NCBI GenBank assembly: GCA_964583075.1
Contig: CAZOUW010000003.1
Coordinates: 6,925 to 70,924, forward strand
Length of the DNA stretch: 64,000 nt
Direction of reading: 5' to 3'
From: an uncultured Candidatus Saccharibacteria bacterium
GTDB taxonomy: Bacteria > Patescibacteriota > Saccharimonadia > Saccharimonadales > JAGQNJ01
Positions 48,142 to 58,032 of the stretch are shown one piece after another. Made by a program: the position numbers and the translations under genes. Every line of letters starts with the position of its first letter. Position 1 is the stretch's first letter. A model generated the notes under the pieces. It had not been told where the DNA came from. It did not search any database and was given only the letters and a program-made list of their open reading frames with translations.

Positions 48142-50297
48142 AGTTTTTCTATATTTGCGAAGGCGATATTAATCTTCTTGGTACCTCTACCTTTAAAATA
48201 AATAGTCGCCACGTCACCATCAAGCTCGAGCACCGTGCCGAGACCAAAAATCTGATGTTTAACTCCGTCACCCTCATCAAGTTCTGGCACGTAACGCGGT
48301 TCATCATGGGTAGCGAGAGTGCGTGCCGGCTCTTCCCATGGCTTACTATCACTACCGAGATTCTGCAAGAAGCCATTCTCTATACTCGCCTCAGCATTAA
48401 TTTCACTCAAGAAACGTGCCGGCGGATTATGCTGCATGTTACCGTACAACATACGTGCACTGGCGTGCATCATATAAAGCTCCTCACGTGCTCGAGTCAT
48501 GCCAACGTAGCACAAGCGCCGCTCTTCTTCCATCTCGTGTTGATCATACAACGCGCGAGAATGCGGAAAGATTGTTTCTTCCATGCCCGCCATAAAAACA
48601 ACCGGAAATTCCAAGCCTTTTGCACTGTGCAGCGTCATCAAAGTCACAACATTACCACTAAGATCCGCCTGATCAATATCACTAATTAAACCAACTTCCT
48701 CCAAAAACCCATCTAAGCCTAAATCCTGATACTGCTCGGCAACCGTTAAAAGTTCTTTAACATTCTCTTGTCTGGACTCGCCTTGGATCGTTCCGTCATC
48801 AAGATAGCTGTAATAATCTATCCTCCTAATTAAAGAATCGATTACACCAGACACTGATGCGTCTGGCATTACTTCACGTAGACCGACAATAATATCTGCC
48901 AGCTCGTTCAGACCACTGCGAGCTTTGCCAGTAACTGTCGTGCATTGATCCGCCGATGTTAGGGAATCGAGTAGTGTTAAGCCATGTTCATCCTTCCACT
49001 GCAGAAAGTTTTGGAGCGACTTTGTACCAATACCCCGGGTCGGTACGTTGACGATTCGTTCAAAGCTAATAATGTCCTCCGGCTGGTATATGAGTCGCAA
49101 ATACGCCATGATATCCTTAATTTCTTTACGATCATAAAAACGCACACCCCCAACAATTTTGTACGGAATGCCATACTGTACAAATGCCTCCTCAACTGAA
49201 CGGCTCTGTGCATTGGTTCTGTACAAAACGGCAAAATCTTTGTAATTCCTAGCAGCAATATCAACCGCGGTCTTAATTCTGCGCACTATGGCTTCACCCT
49301 CAGCCCTCTCATGAGCAACCTGTACAATCTGAACCGGCTGGCCATCACCAGCAGCAGTCCAAAGCTTTTTATCGGAACGCTGTTGATTTTTGGTTATAAC
49401 TGCATGTGCTGCGTCCAGAATTTTTTTTGTACTACGATAGTTTTGTTCGAGTTTAATGATTGTGGTATTTTTATTATCACGCTCAAAATTCAGAATATTG
49501 CGAAAATCTGCCCCACGCCAACTATAGATTGACTGCCAATCATCACCAACGACCGCAATATTATTATGTGGCCCGGTAAGAAGTTTAACCAGCTTGTACT
49601 GGGCAGCATTGGTGTCTTGGTATTCATCAATCGTGATGTACTTAAATTGGTTTTGCCATTTTGCGCGCACCTCATCGTTATTGCTTAACATATTAACTGT
49701 TTTCACAATCAAGTCGTCAAAGTCCAGGGCACTAGCTTCTTTGAGCAATTTTTGGTATCGCGGATAAATCTTAGCGGTAGCTTCCTGGAGTGGTCCAGAT
49801 GCAAGACCTTTATATTCATCCTGGCTAATAAGTTCGTTCTTGGCATTACTGATAATGCTTGCTACGGTACGCGCAGGAAAGCTCTTTTCATCTAGACGCA
49901 GTTCTTTGGTAATTTTTTTTATCGCATTCTGTTTGTCTGTTTCATCAAAAATAACAAAATTATTTGCTATACCTGCATTTTCACCGCTCACTCGTAAAAT
50001 TCGCACGCATATTGAGTGGAACGTGCCTGAATAGGGCATAAATGATCTATTGTTTGGATTCTCGCCTAACAATTTCGCGGTGCGTTCACGCATCTCGCGA
50101 GCTGCCTTATTCGTAAATGTCACGGCTAGAATATTGTATGGTGTTGCCAGATTCTTCGCTATTAAGTATGCAATCCTGTGTGTAAGTGTTTTGGTCTTGC
50201 CAGAACCGGCACCTGCCAAGATTAATAGCGGACCGTCTGTTGTTTCAACGGCCCGCTTTTGCTCATCGTTTAAACCCTCGAGTAATTCTTCTGTCAC
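48138..50297 (-). CDS. pcrA: ATP-dependent DNA helicase PcrA/UvrD family
   Basis: AGAGSGKTKTLTHR (motif I), TFTNKAAREM, DEYQDTN, TLHSAKGLEF, YVGMTRA. Confidence 0.93.
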   Translation of the reverse strand: MTEELLEGLNDEQKRAVETTDGPLLILAGAGSGKTKTLTHRIAYLIAKNLATPYNILAVTFTNKAAREMRERTAKLLGENPNNRSFMPYSGTFHSICVRILRVSGENAGIANNFVIFDETDKQNAIKKITKELRLDEKSFPARTVASIISNAKNELISQDEYKGLASGPLQEATAKIYPRYQKLLKEASALDFDDLIVKTVNMLSNNDEVRAKWQNQFKYITIDEYQDTNAAQYKLVKLLTGPHNNIAVVGDDWQSIYSWRGADFRNILNFERDNKNTTIIKLEQNYRSTKKILDAAHAVITKNQQRSDKKLWTAAGDGQPVQIVQVAHERAEGEAIVRRIKTAVDIAARNYKDFAVLYRTNAQSRSVEEAFVQYGIPYKIVGGVRFYDRKEIKDIMAYLRLIYQPEDIISFERIVNVPTRGIGTKSLQNFLQWKDEHGLTLLDSLTSADQCTTVTGKARSGLNELADIIVGLREVMPDASVSGVIDSLIRRIDYYSYLDDGTIQGESRQENVKELLTVAEQYQDLGLDGFLEEVGLISDIDQADLSGNVVTLMTLHSAKGLEFPVVFMAGMEETIFPHSRALYDQHEMEEERRLCYVGMTRAREELYMMHASARMLYGNMQHNPPARFLSEINAEASIENGFLQNLGSDSKPWEEPARTLATHDEPRYVPELDEGDGVKHQIFGLGTVLELDGDVATIYFKGRGTKKINIAFANIEKL

Positions 50298-50333
50298 TTA
50301 AGATATTTTAACACTTCGAGCACTTTTGTCTTA

Positions 50334-50810
50334 TTACTTCATTACAAAGATGGCAATACTGACGCCAACTACCACAACCAACACCGCAACCGTAACAACA
50401 ACCTTGAGAAGAACCTTTGTTTTCTCAGGCTTGATCGGCACATTATATGTTTTTTTGTCAATGAGGTTTTGGAGTTTTTCTGATTGTTGGTCAAGAACGG
50501 GATCTTTTTCTATTACTCCTTCTGGTAAGTCTTGGTCATTTTCGTTAGAAGAGTCATTTGACTGTTCTGACTGCTGAGATTCAATCTCAGATTTAGGTGT
50601 TGACGGCTGTATGTCTGCCTTTTTATGTTCCTGTATAGGAATATCTGATTCTGGTTGTCCGGATTCACGCATCATTGGATCGCGAGATAGCTGAGGCGAA
50701 CTTACTAGCGCAGGCTTTGACGTATGACTGACCGGCGAAACCCCGGGTTTTGTAGCGTCAAGGTGCTTTGGTTCACTGTCTGACGAGTCACTCATCTTCA
50801 CCCTTTTCAT
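50334..50810 (-). CDS. Hypothetical acidic Ser/Pro-rich protein with C-terminal TM anchor
   Basis: 158 aa; C-terminal VVVTVAVLVVVVGVSIAIFVM. Overlaps the tpiA 3' end. Confidence 0.5.
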   Translation of the reverse strand: MKRVKMSDSSDSEPKHLDATKPGVSPVSHTSKPALVSSPQLSRDPMMRESGQPESDIPIQEHKKADIQPSTPKSEIESQQSEQSNDSSNENDQDLPEGVIEKDPVLDQQSEKLQNLIDKKTYNVPIKPEKTKVLLKVVVTVAVLVVVVGVSIAIFVMK

Positions 50811-51579
50811 GAAGCAGCCTGTAAGTTGAGCTCACGATGCCTGCAAATTTGTGATAATTAATACTGGCACCACCAACCAAGACTCCATCACAACCTTCAA
50901 GCTCAAGATAGCCTCCAGCAATTTGATCATCAACGCTACCGCCATAAAGAATGCGCACGTTCTTGGCTGCTTTACGGCCATATAAGTCACCGATTTGCTG
51001 TCTAATAAAATCCATGGCTTCTTTTGCTTGTGTTGGCTTGGCCAACTCGCCGCCAAAAGTACTGATTGCCCATATTGGTTCGTAGGCAATAACCATATCA
51101 CCAACCTCATGTGCTGTTAGATTGCTTAGCGCCGTAACAACCTGGTCATGTAATACACGTTTGGTCTCACCAGCTCGGCGTTCTGTATGGGTTTCACCAA
51201 CACATAAAATTGGCGTAATGTCATTTCGCACGCAAGCAGCAACCTTGTCACGAATAAGGTCAAGGTCTTCCTTAAAATACATTCTGCGTTCTGAGTGGCC
51301 AATAATGCAATAATGTGCAAGATCGCGTAGCATTGTAAAGGATACCTCGCCTGTATATGCGCCATCATCTTTATAGTATGCATTCTGAGCAGCCAAACGG
51401 AATTTGCGGCGATCAATCTGCAAACTTAACGGCTGCAAAACCAGCATGCTTGGGGCCAAGACTACCTCAATATTGCGATAAATCTTGATCCTTTCGTGCA
51501 GTCTATGAACAAGTAAACTAGCCTGCGCTGTGTTCAAGTGCATCTTCCAGTTGCCAACTATTAATTTACGCTTAGTCAT
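50788..51579 (-). CDS. tpiA: Triosephosphate isomerase
   Basis: VGNWKMH, IIGHSERR, AYEPIWAI and YGGSV motifs. Confidence 0.95.
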   Translation of the reverse strand: MTKRKLIVGNWKMHLNTAQASLLVHRLHERIKIYRNIEVVLAPSMLVLQPLSLQIDRRKFRLAAQNAYYKDDGAYTGEVSFTMLRDLAHYCIIGHSERRMYFKEDLDLIRDKVAACVRNDITPILCVGETHTERRAGETKRVLHDQVVTALSNLTAHEVGDMVIAYEPIWAISTFGGELAKPTQAKEAMDFIRQQIGDLYGRKAAKNVRILYGGSVDDQIAGGYLELEGCDGVLVGGASINYHKFAGIVSSTYRLLHEKGEDE

Positions 51580-51597
51580 TTATACGCCTATTGTACC

Positions 51598-52899
51598 CTA
51601 CTTGTCCCTCAAGGCTTCTACGCCCGGAAGTTTCTTACCTGCTAATAAGTCAAGACTTGCACCACCACCAGTTGAAACATGATCAAAGCAGTCGACTAGG
51701 CCTCGTTCTTCAATATAACCAGACGTATCACCGCCACCAATCAAGCTAAACGGTCTGTGGCCAAACTCACCCATAAGTGCCTCAATCACAATCTCTGTGC
51801 CATGTGCAAATGGGCCAATCGGACCGTCAATTGCCGGAGTTTCCGTTACGCCCATAGTTCCGTTCCAAACAACCGTATTAACTAGCTGCATACTGCCGGC
51901 AATAAAAGCGCCAGAAAAAGGGCCAATATCAAGAATAATCTCGTCTTTGTCCAGCTTGCCAGCCTCGCGTGGTGGTCGCTTTGGATAGTTTTCTAGTGTT
52001 GCAATAACGTGCGCATCCCAATCAACAATCCGTGTACGAGCCGTTTTATCAATTTTGCTTGCTACCACACTATCTTGAGGTAAATAAAACGTAAACTGCC
52101 TGCTTTTGGCTTCTTTTTCTGCCAAGCGTAATATATCTTTTGCAAGTGACACATCAGACGGTTCTGATAAACTTTTAGCAATATCTACACCCTTAGCTTT
52201 TAGAAACGTATTAGCCATTGCGCCACCAATAACTACAATGTCGGCCAATTTAATGAATTTTTCTAAAATCTCTATTTTATCTGCAACTTTTGCGCCACCA
52301 ACAATTGCCATCAAGGGCCTCTTTGGTCTAACCAGTACTTCATATATGGTGGATACTTCTTTTTCAAGTAGTAGGCCCGCAACACTTGGCAAAAAGTGGG
52401 TCACACCTTCTGTTGAAGCGTGTGCTCTATGCACAACTCCAAAACCGTCTTCAACAAAAACATCTGCTAAACTTGCAAGCTGTTTAGCAAACTCTTTGTC
52501 GTTAGCTTCTTCACCAGAGTAAAAGCGTAGATTTTCCAGTAATAATACTTCGCCATTTTTCAGATGCTCAACCGCTGTCTTTACCGTATCGCCTACTGTA
52601 TCAGCCACAAAATACACTTTTTTATCAAGCAGCTTTCCAAGTTTATTAGCAACTGGTGCCAAGCTATAATCTAAATTACGTTTGCCATCTGGTCTGCCCA
52701 AGTGAGAACACACAACTACCTTACAATTTTGTTTTAAGAGATACTCTATGGTGGGCAGAGATTTCTTAACGCGGTAATCATCTGCTATCTTTCCTTCCTT
52801 CGTAAGAGGCACGTTATAGTCAGCCCGCAATAAAACGGTTTTTCCCTGTAAATCAGTATCTTTTATGGTTTTCTTTGTAAAACTCAAGGTATTCTCCAC
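51598..52899 (-). CDS. pgk: Phosphoglycerate kinase
   Basis: LRADYNVPL, CSHLGRP, GGAKVADKI and STGGGASL motifs. Confidence 0.95.
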   Translation of the reverse strand: MENTLSFTKKTIKDTDLQGKTVLLRADYNVPLTKEGKIADDYRVKKSLPTIEYLLKQNCKVVVCSHLGRPDGKRNLDYSLAPVANKLGKLLDKKVYFVADTVGDTVKTAVEHLKNGEVLLLENLRFYSGEEANDKEFAKQLASLADVFVEDGFGVVHRAHASTEGVTHFLPSVAGLLLEKEVSTIYEVLVRPKRPLMAIVGGAKVADKIEILEKFIKLADIVVIGGAMANTFLKAKGVDIAKSLSEPSDVSLAKDILRLAEKEAKSRQFTFYLPQDSVVASKIDKTARTRIVDWDAHVIATLENYPKRPPREAGKLDKDEIILDIGPFSGAFIAGSMQLVNTVVWNGTMGVTETPAIDGPIGPFAHGTEIVIEALMGEFGHRPFSLIGGGDTSGYIEERGLVDCFDHVSTGGGASLDLLAGKKLPGVEALRDK

Positions 52900-52935
52900 C
52901 CTATCTGGTATCTATTGTAGCAAACAACTTGTGCT

Positions 52936-54366
52936 TTAAAGAACACGAACTTTGATTGTGTCTGTCGTCCCAACAACTCCGGGGTACTTCCCAGATGCAG
53001 TTACTACAATATCACCGCTTTTGAGCACACGTTTTTGTTTAAGCCAGTTGGTTATTTTAGTGGCGGCGTACTGATCAACTGGCCTAACATAACTTTTTGT
53101 GCCATAAACAATAGCTAGTTGCTGAGCAACGTAGGCATCCGAAGCAACAGCGATAATTGGTATCTCTGGACGGTAAGACGCAATCTGAGTGGCCGTAGTG
53201 CCAGACTTCGTTTCTGCAACAATCGCTTTAGCGCCAACTTCTTTTGCAAGTGATATAATTGCACTCGATATGGCACTTTGCTTAGTATGCTCCTCGTACG
53301 CCGGGAATTGCGCCTTCACAACCGAGTTGGCTTGCGTATAAGTCAGAACTCTTTTCATAACTCGCACTGCTTCAATAGGGTATTTGCCACTTGCGGTCTC
53401 ATCGCTGAGCATTACACAGTCAGCACCAACAATCACCGCCGTCGCAACGTCTGACACTTCTGCTCGAGTTGGTTCTGGTGTTTCGGTCATACTGGCAAGC
53501 ATCTGGGTAGCAACAATTGTTGGTTTTTTATATCTCATACCAAGGCCGATAATATTGCGCTGCTCTAATGGCACCGATTCTGGTAGTGTTTCAATTGCTA
53601 GATCACCACGTGCAATCATAACCGCATCTGCTTCTTGAATGATAGATTCTATATTCTCAATCGCGGCACGCGTTTCAATCTTGGCAATTATTTGAGCGTG
53701 ACTGCCAAGATTTTTAAGCATACGCCTGAGTGTCGTTACATCACCAGCCGTTTGCACAAAACTTAACGCAACGTAGTCAATATCCTGGGTTGAGCCAAAT
53801 GCAATATCTTTTTTATCTTTTGCCGTAATAATATCACCGGCAAAATCTGTGTCAGGCAAGTTAATGCCTTTGCGTTTTATCAAAATACCGTCATTCTCTG
53901 CACGAGCATATACCACACCGTCTTTTACACTTGTAACCTTTGTTTGAATTTTGCCATCATATAAATAGAGGCACTCACCGCGCTTTACCTTCTTACTTAG
54001 GTCATATTGAGTCGGGATCATACCGGAACGATCATAGTCTGCCTTAAACTTAAACTGCAAGCTTTGACCAGTCCTAACGTTGATAATTCCATCAAAATCA
54101 CCCAAGCGTATCTTTGGACCTTGAAGATCCTGAATAATTGCGACTGGCTTACCGTAAGCCTTACTAGCACGGCGAATCCACTCTATTTGCTGTAACCGTT
54201 CTTCATGCGTGCCATGACTAAAATTTAGACGCAAACCATTAGCCCCAGCAACAACCATTTCATATATTGACTTATAGCTATCACTTGCCGGACCAACGGT
54301 AGCAATAATTTTAGTACGCTTAAATTGCTCAAGCGGCACAACTGGTGCTTTATCTGTAAACGTCAT
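52936..54366 (-). CDS. pyk: Pyruvate kinase
   Basis: TKIIATVGPAS, NFSHG, IAKIE and MIARGDL motifs. Confidence 0.95.
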   Translation of the reverse strand: MTFTDKAPVVPLEQFKRTKIIATVGPASDSYKSIYEMVVAGANGLRLNFSHGTHEERLQQIEWIRRASKAYGKPVAIIQDLQGPKIRLGDFDGIINVRTGQSLQFKFKADYDRSGMIPTQYDLSKKVKRGECLYLYDGKIQTKVTSVKDGVVYARAENDGILIKRKGINLPDTDFAGDIITAKDKKDIAFGSTQDIDYVALSFVQTAGDVTTLRRMLKNLGSHAQIIAKIETRAAIENIESIIQEADAVMIARGDLAIETLPESVPLEQRNIIGLGMRYKKPTIVATQMLASMTETPEPTRAEVSDVATAVIVGADCVMLSDETASGKYPIEAVRVMKRVLTYTQANSVVKAQFPAYEEHTKQSAISSAIISLAKEVGAKAIVAETKSGTTATQIASYRPEIPIIAVASDAYVAQQLAIVYGTKSYVRPVDQYAATKITNWLKQKRVLKSGDIVVTASGKYPGVVGTTDTIKVRVL

Positions 54367-54495
54367 CCTTTATTTTATTCTACGTGCTTATGTTTATTTA
54401 TTCAAATGTCCGTGAATCATCAACCATGATTATCTACTTGGTACAGAAAAGGCTCAACTACCGTCAACTGCACACAACAGAAGTATGGTCTATCT

Positions 54496-56283
54496 CTACT
54501 TACGACGAGATCCGAATCGCTCTGCAACTCTCCGCGCAGAGCCAATAAGCAATCCTGAAGTGAGCGCAACACTGGTAAGAAGTGTAGTAATGGCTGCGTT
54601 AGTCTTTTGCTGCGGTGCAATACCAGTATTTGGTGCACTTATATCTGCGGTAGCAATACCAACTGGGTCAGCTACTTCGCCTGTGTCTGGGTCAAGATCG
54701 AGTGGGCCGTTATCTACTATGTTGTATGTTACTTGTAAGGCATGCTGGCCACTATAGGTTGTTTCGGTCACGGTTGCATCAGAAATAGTTGCATATGATC
54801 CGTTGGCAGTATTGTACTTTCTCACCACAACTTGGTTTGGTTTTAGATCAGTGACAAACACAAGACTGACTTCATTGTCAGCATCTGCCCCGCTGAAGCA
54901 GAAATCAACCAACCCGAGTGGGTAAGTATACGCTCCGTCTTTTGCCGCTAAACCTGATTCTTTGACGGCTTCGTGACAAGTTATGGTTGTACCATCTGGT
55001 GTTGTAAGCGTAACTGTTTTGCCACCTTCAGCGTCTGTCATGGTTACACTTGATTCATCATCAGAGTCATCAATGACGTCAACGCTAGCGTTGTAGCCGG
55101 TATAAACTGCATCCACGCTTGCTACGATAACCCGAGAGCCAGTCGAATTGAGGTCAACGTTCGAAGGCTGCCACGGATTACCGTAATTAGTACTAACATC
55201 GTTACTCGGGTCTTCCTCATTCCATGAAGCACCAGCATCGTTGGATACATACGTATCGTAATCCTCTCCTCCGTAATTTAGGCCAAGAACTGCGAGCGAC
55301 TCACCGTCATCAGACATGGCTACAGACAGCCATGGATTCCAATCATCATGTTCCGGCGTAACGTCTGTCCAAGTATCACCATTATTATTTGATATAAAGA
55401 CCGCGTCTTCATCTCCTTCATCCTGATAAAAAGTTGCAGCGGCCATTTTACTGCCGTCTGCTGACATTGCAGTTGCAGCAAACTTCCCGCCATCTTCTCC
55501 AGCAACTGGCGATATATTTTCCCAATCGACACCACCGTTTTGAGACATAAAGACATCCCATTCACTACCACTACCACCAGCACCAACAAGCAGTTTTTCG
55601 CCGTTATCAGAGATAGAGAGAGAACCTATGTCATTTAGATGCTCTTCTGTGTCAACTTCGTGAGTGTCCCATGACAAGCCGTCAACATCATATGTAGATA
55701 TATTATCGTCGTACCCGTTAGCAAAAGCGATAGTGCTACCGTCACCAGATAAAGCTACCTGCTGCCAGTATTCACCGCCAATGGGTGTAATATCATCCCA
55801 GCTGGTGCCACCATCTTGCGATAGTACAACCTTGCCAGGTGCCCAGCTTTCACCAAATACGCGGCTTCCGTCACTAACTGCAACCATGGTTTGGCCATCA
55901 TTAGAGACATCAACTCCCGTCCACCAGTTCCGCACGTTCTCATCAGCAGCACTCGCAACATCAGTCCAGCTCACACCGTAATCATGTGATACATACAGAG
56001 GGCTATAATCTTGACCCTCTCCCATATCCTCACCACCATCAAATACGGCAGTAATCAGGCTATTACCATCGGCCGAAATGGCAGCAGTTGTGCTCTCGCC
56101 ATCATTAGAATCTAGGTCATTGTGCTCGGTCCAATCGTATGTATTAACAGCAGCGTATACAGCTGCCGGAATGATAGGACGCGCCATGACAAGTGCTGAC
56201 GATACGCCAATACCAGCTAATAGATACCGGTTTTTATTTGATTTTTTTGTGAGCTCACAGTTTGATTCTTCACCTATATACAC
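54496..56283 (-). CDS. BNR/Asp-box beta-propeller surface protein with shared C-terminal module and PNTG + TM + basic-tail signal (copy 1)
   Basis: Signal anchor. Asp-box repeats (SHDYGVSW, SQDGGTSW, SQNGGVDW, SNNNGDTW, SNDAGASW). Module YTYPLGLVDF...LDLDPDTGEVADPVGIA. PNTG encoded at 54622-54633, then a TM and RRVAERFGSRRK. Confidence 0.8.
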   Translation of the reverse strand: MYIGEESNCELTKKSNKNRYLLAGIGVSSALVMARPIIPAAVYAAVNTYDWTEHNDLDSNDGESTTAAISADGNSLITAVFDGGEDMGEGQDYSPLYVSHDYGVSWTDVASAADENVRNWWTGVDVSNDGQTMVAVSDGSRVFGESWAPGKVVLSQDGGTSWDDITPIGGEYWQQVALSGDGSTIAFANGYDDNISTYDVDGLSWDTHEVDTEEHLNDIGSLSISDNGEKLLVGAGGSGSEWDVFMSQNGGVDWENISPVAGEDGGKFAATAMSADGSKMAAATFYQDEGDEDAVFISNNNGDTWTDVTPEHDDWNPWLSVAMSDDGESLAVLGLNYGGEDYDTYVSNDAGASWNEEDPSNDVSTNYGNPWQPSNVDLNSTGSRVIVASVDAVYTGYNASVDVIDDSDDESSVTMTDAEGGKTVTLTTPDGTTITCHEAVKESGLAAKDGAYTYPLGLVDFCFSGADADNEVSLVFVTDLKPNQVVVRKYNTANGSYATISDATVTETTYSGQHALQVTYNIVDNGPLDLDPDTGEVADPVGIATADISAPNTGIAPQQKTNAAITTLLTSVALTSGLLIGSARRVAERFGSRRK

Positions 56284-56303
56284 CTTGCTTGACTATGAAC
56301 ATA

Positions 56304-56332
56304 AGTATAGTATGATCCCCACGTAATCACAA
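56304..56332 (-). promoter_or_regulatory. Putative promoter of BNR gene copy 1
   Basis: Minus strand: TTGTGA, 17-nt spacer, TATACT, in the 57-nt gap after the QueC-like gene. Confidence 0.4.
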
Positions 56333-56340
56333 GCATTTAG

Positions 56341-57009
56341 TCACGACGTTTTTCCGTTCGCTGACCTTGGTCGTTTAACATCGCTCATTTCTTTAGCGCA
56401 CGTTTTACAAGTTCCGCACTCAATCGGGTTGCCATCGACATAGCGCGGCCTCCGGCACGACCACGTCAGCAAGGCTAAATCTGGTGGTAACGTTTTGTAG
56501 ACCTGCGCCTTGGTAAGCTCACCGTGAGGATATTCTTTGAGGGTTTTAGCGTGCTCCTTTCCGTCTTCATAAAAAGCATCGAGTACTCTGTTGCCCCTTG
56601 TTGCTGACTGTGAAGCACCAAGTGCAAAATCAGTGGCCGTAGCACCAATTACAACTCGTTTTATGTTCGGATCTCGCGAGGTCATATAACCGGCAATGAA
56701 ACCAGTTAACTCTACGTCATACATAAACTTATTACCAAATTGTGGCGTCGTAATCGTAGACTCGCTAACGGTGAATTCTGCTGGGGCATTCTCGCGCATG
56801 TAAGCTAAAATTTGTTTGACAGCCGCCGCCTCTGCTTGCCACCGATTTTCGATATTTTTTATATGTATATGATGAACATGGACTTCACCGTATTTTTTAG
56901 GTCGATTCAATACGTGCCACAGTGCCGCCGTAGAATCAAGTCCACCAGAAAACATCACCAGGGTACGGTTTTTCTTATTATCAACTTTATACAGCTTTTT
57001 TTGCGCCAT
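56341..57009 (-). CDS. QueC-like PP-loop ATPase (7-cyano-7-deazaguanine synthase family), copy 1
   Basis: LVMFSGGLDSTAAL PP-loop, VVIGATATDFA, and C-terminal SCRRPRYVDGNPIECGTCKTC (C-x13-CGxCxxC, QueC-type Zn site). Confidence 0.75.
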   Translation of the reverse strand: MAQKKLYKVDNKKNRTLVMFSGGLDSTAALWHVLNRPKKYGEVHVHHIHIKNIENRWQAEAAAVKQILAYMRENAPAEFTVSESTITTPQFGNKFMYDVELTGFIAGYMTSRDPNIKRVVIGATATDFALGASQSATRGNRVLDAFYEDGKEHAKTLKEYPHGELTKAQVYKTLPPDLALLTWSCRRPRYVDGNPIECGTCKTCAKEMSDVKRPRSANGKTS

Positions 57010-57125
57010 TTAAACCTTGCCACTCTCCTAACAATACTGGTAGAAGTATACAGGAATGAATGGCTTACCGTAACTTATGGTTAATGTCGCTAGCTTAGTC
57101 GGACATTTTTTTGTACCATTTGGTA

Positions 57126-58028
57126 ATGAGTACAGAGAATATGAAGAATAAAAATGTGGTCTTTATAACGCTTGATTCGTGCCGCTATGACACTACACAG
57201 AAAGCGAAAATCCCCACCATACAATCATTGGGAAAAATTAAAAAAGCCTATACTCACGCAACATATACAGTGCCAGCTCACACGGCGTTTTTCACCGGCC
57301 ACCTGCCAGCAGTTTTTGAACAACCACTCAGTGATTACTATTCGGAACCAGTTAGTCAACTGTGGCGCATTAAAACCGGCAAAGGCAGAGATCGATCAGC
57401 CGGTATTGTTTTTGATGCCCAAAATGTCTTAGAGGGTTACCGAAACTTGGGCTTTTCGATTGTGGGAGCTGGTGGTGTAACCCAGTTTGCCGACGGGTCC
57501 TACTTACGCAACTTTTTTAAAGATGACGAGTTTATGTATTTTGGCCGGAACTTGGACGAGGAACCTCTGCAACCAAGAAATGTAGAAGAATTTCCACTCC
57601 ATAACCTAGATGACATCGAGAGTAGAATTAGAGACAAAGATAAGTGGTTTTTATTTATTAACTGTCCGGAGACTCACTATCCATACGATGTTGGTAATGG
57701 CTTTCCTGAGGAAGTCAAAAAATACTATCCGGATTTATTTAAGCAGCTTAATCTGCGTGAGAATAATAACCCCGCCGACATTCCAGACACGATTTACACT
57801 ACGCTCCACGATATGCAAGTCAAAGCCTTAGAATACGTCGATGAGCGGATAAAAAAGTTGGTTGATATTTTGCCAAAAAGTAAAGATATTCTGATTATTA
57901 TCGCGGGGGATCATGGCGAGAATTTTGGCGAAGTCTTTAGTGGCAAAAAACGCTGGGGTCACTTAATGCCCACAAAACAAGTATCTGAAGTACCCCTGCT
58001 GATAGACGTCATTAAAGCTGAGTCTTAA
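57126..58028 (+). CDS. Alkaline-phosphatase-superfamily (sulfatase-like) enzyme with Thr in the nucleophile position; no signal peptide
   Basis: VVFITLDSCRYD metal-binding start. The C/S-x-P-x-R position reads T-V-P-A-H-T-A-F-F-T-G. IIIAGDHGENFG block present. Confidence 0.75.
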   Translation: MSTENMKNKNVVFITLDSCRYDTTQKAKIPTIQSLGKIKKAYTHATYTVPAHTAFFTGHLPAVFEQPLSDYYSEPVSQLWRIKTGKGRDRSAGIVFDAQNVLEGYRNLGFSIVGAGGVTQFADGSYLRNFFKDDEFMYFGRNLDEEPLQPRNVEEFPLHNLDDIESRIRDKDKWFLFINCPETHYPYDVGNGFPEEVKKYYPDLFKQLNLRENNNPADIPDTIYTTLHDMQVKALEYVDERIKKLVDILPKSKDILIIIAGDHGENFGEVFSGKKRWGHLMPTKQVSEVPLLIDVIKAES

Positions 58029-58032
58029 ACAA

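Larger units (their letters stand above)
54496..57009 (-). repeat. Segmental duplication, copy A (BNR surface protein plus QueC-like gene)
   Basis: Same gene order and orientation, with clear protein and nucleotide similarity to 58033-60610 (for example ccaccagaaaacatcaccagggtacggtttttcttattatc versus ccaccagaaaacatgacaagggtacgatttttcttattatc). Confidence 0.75.
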
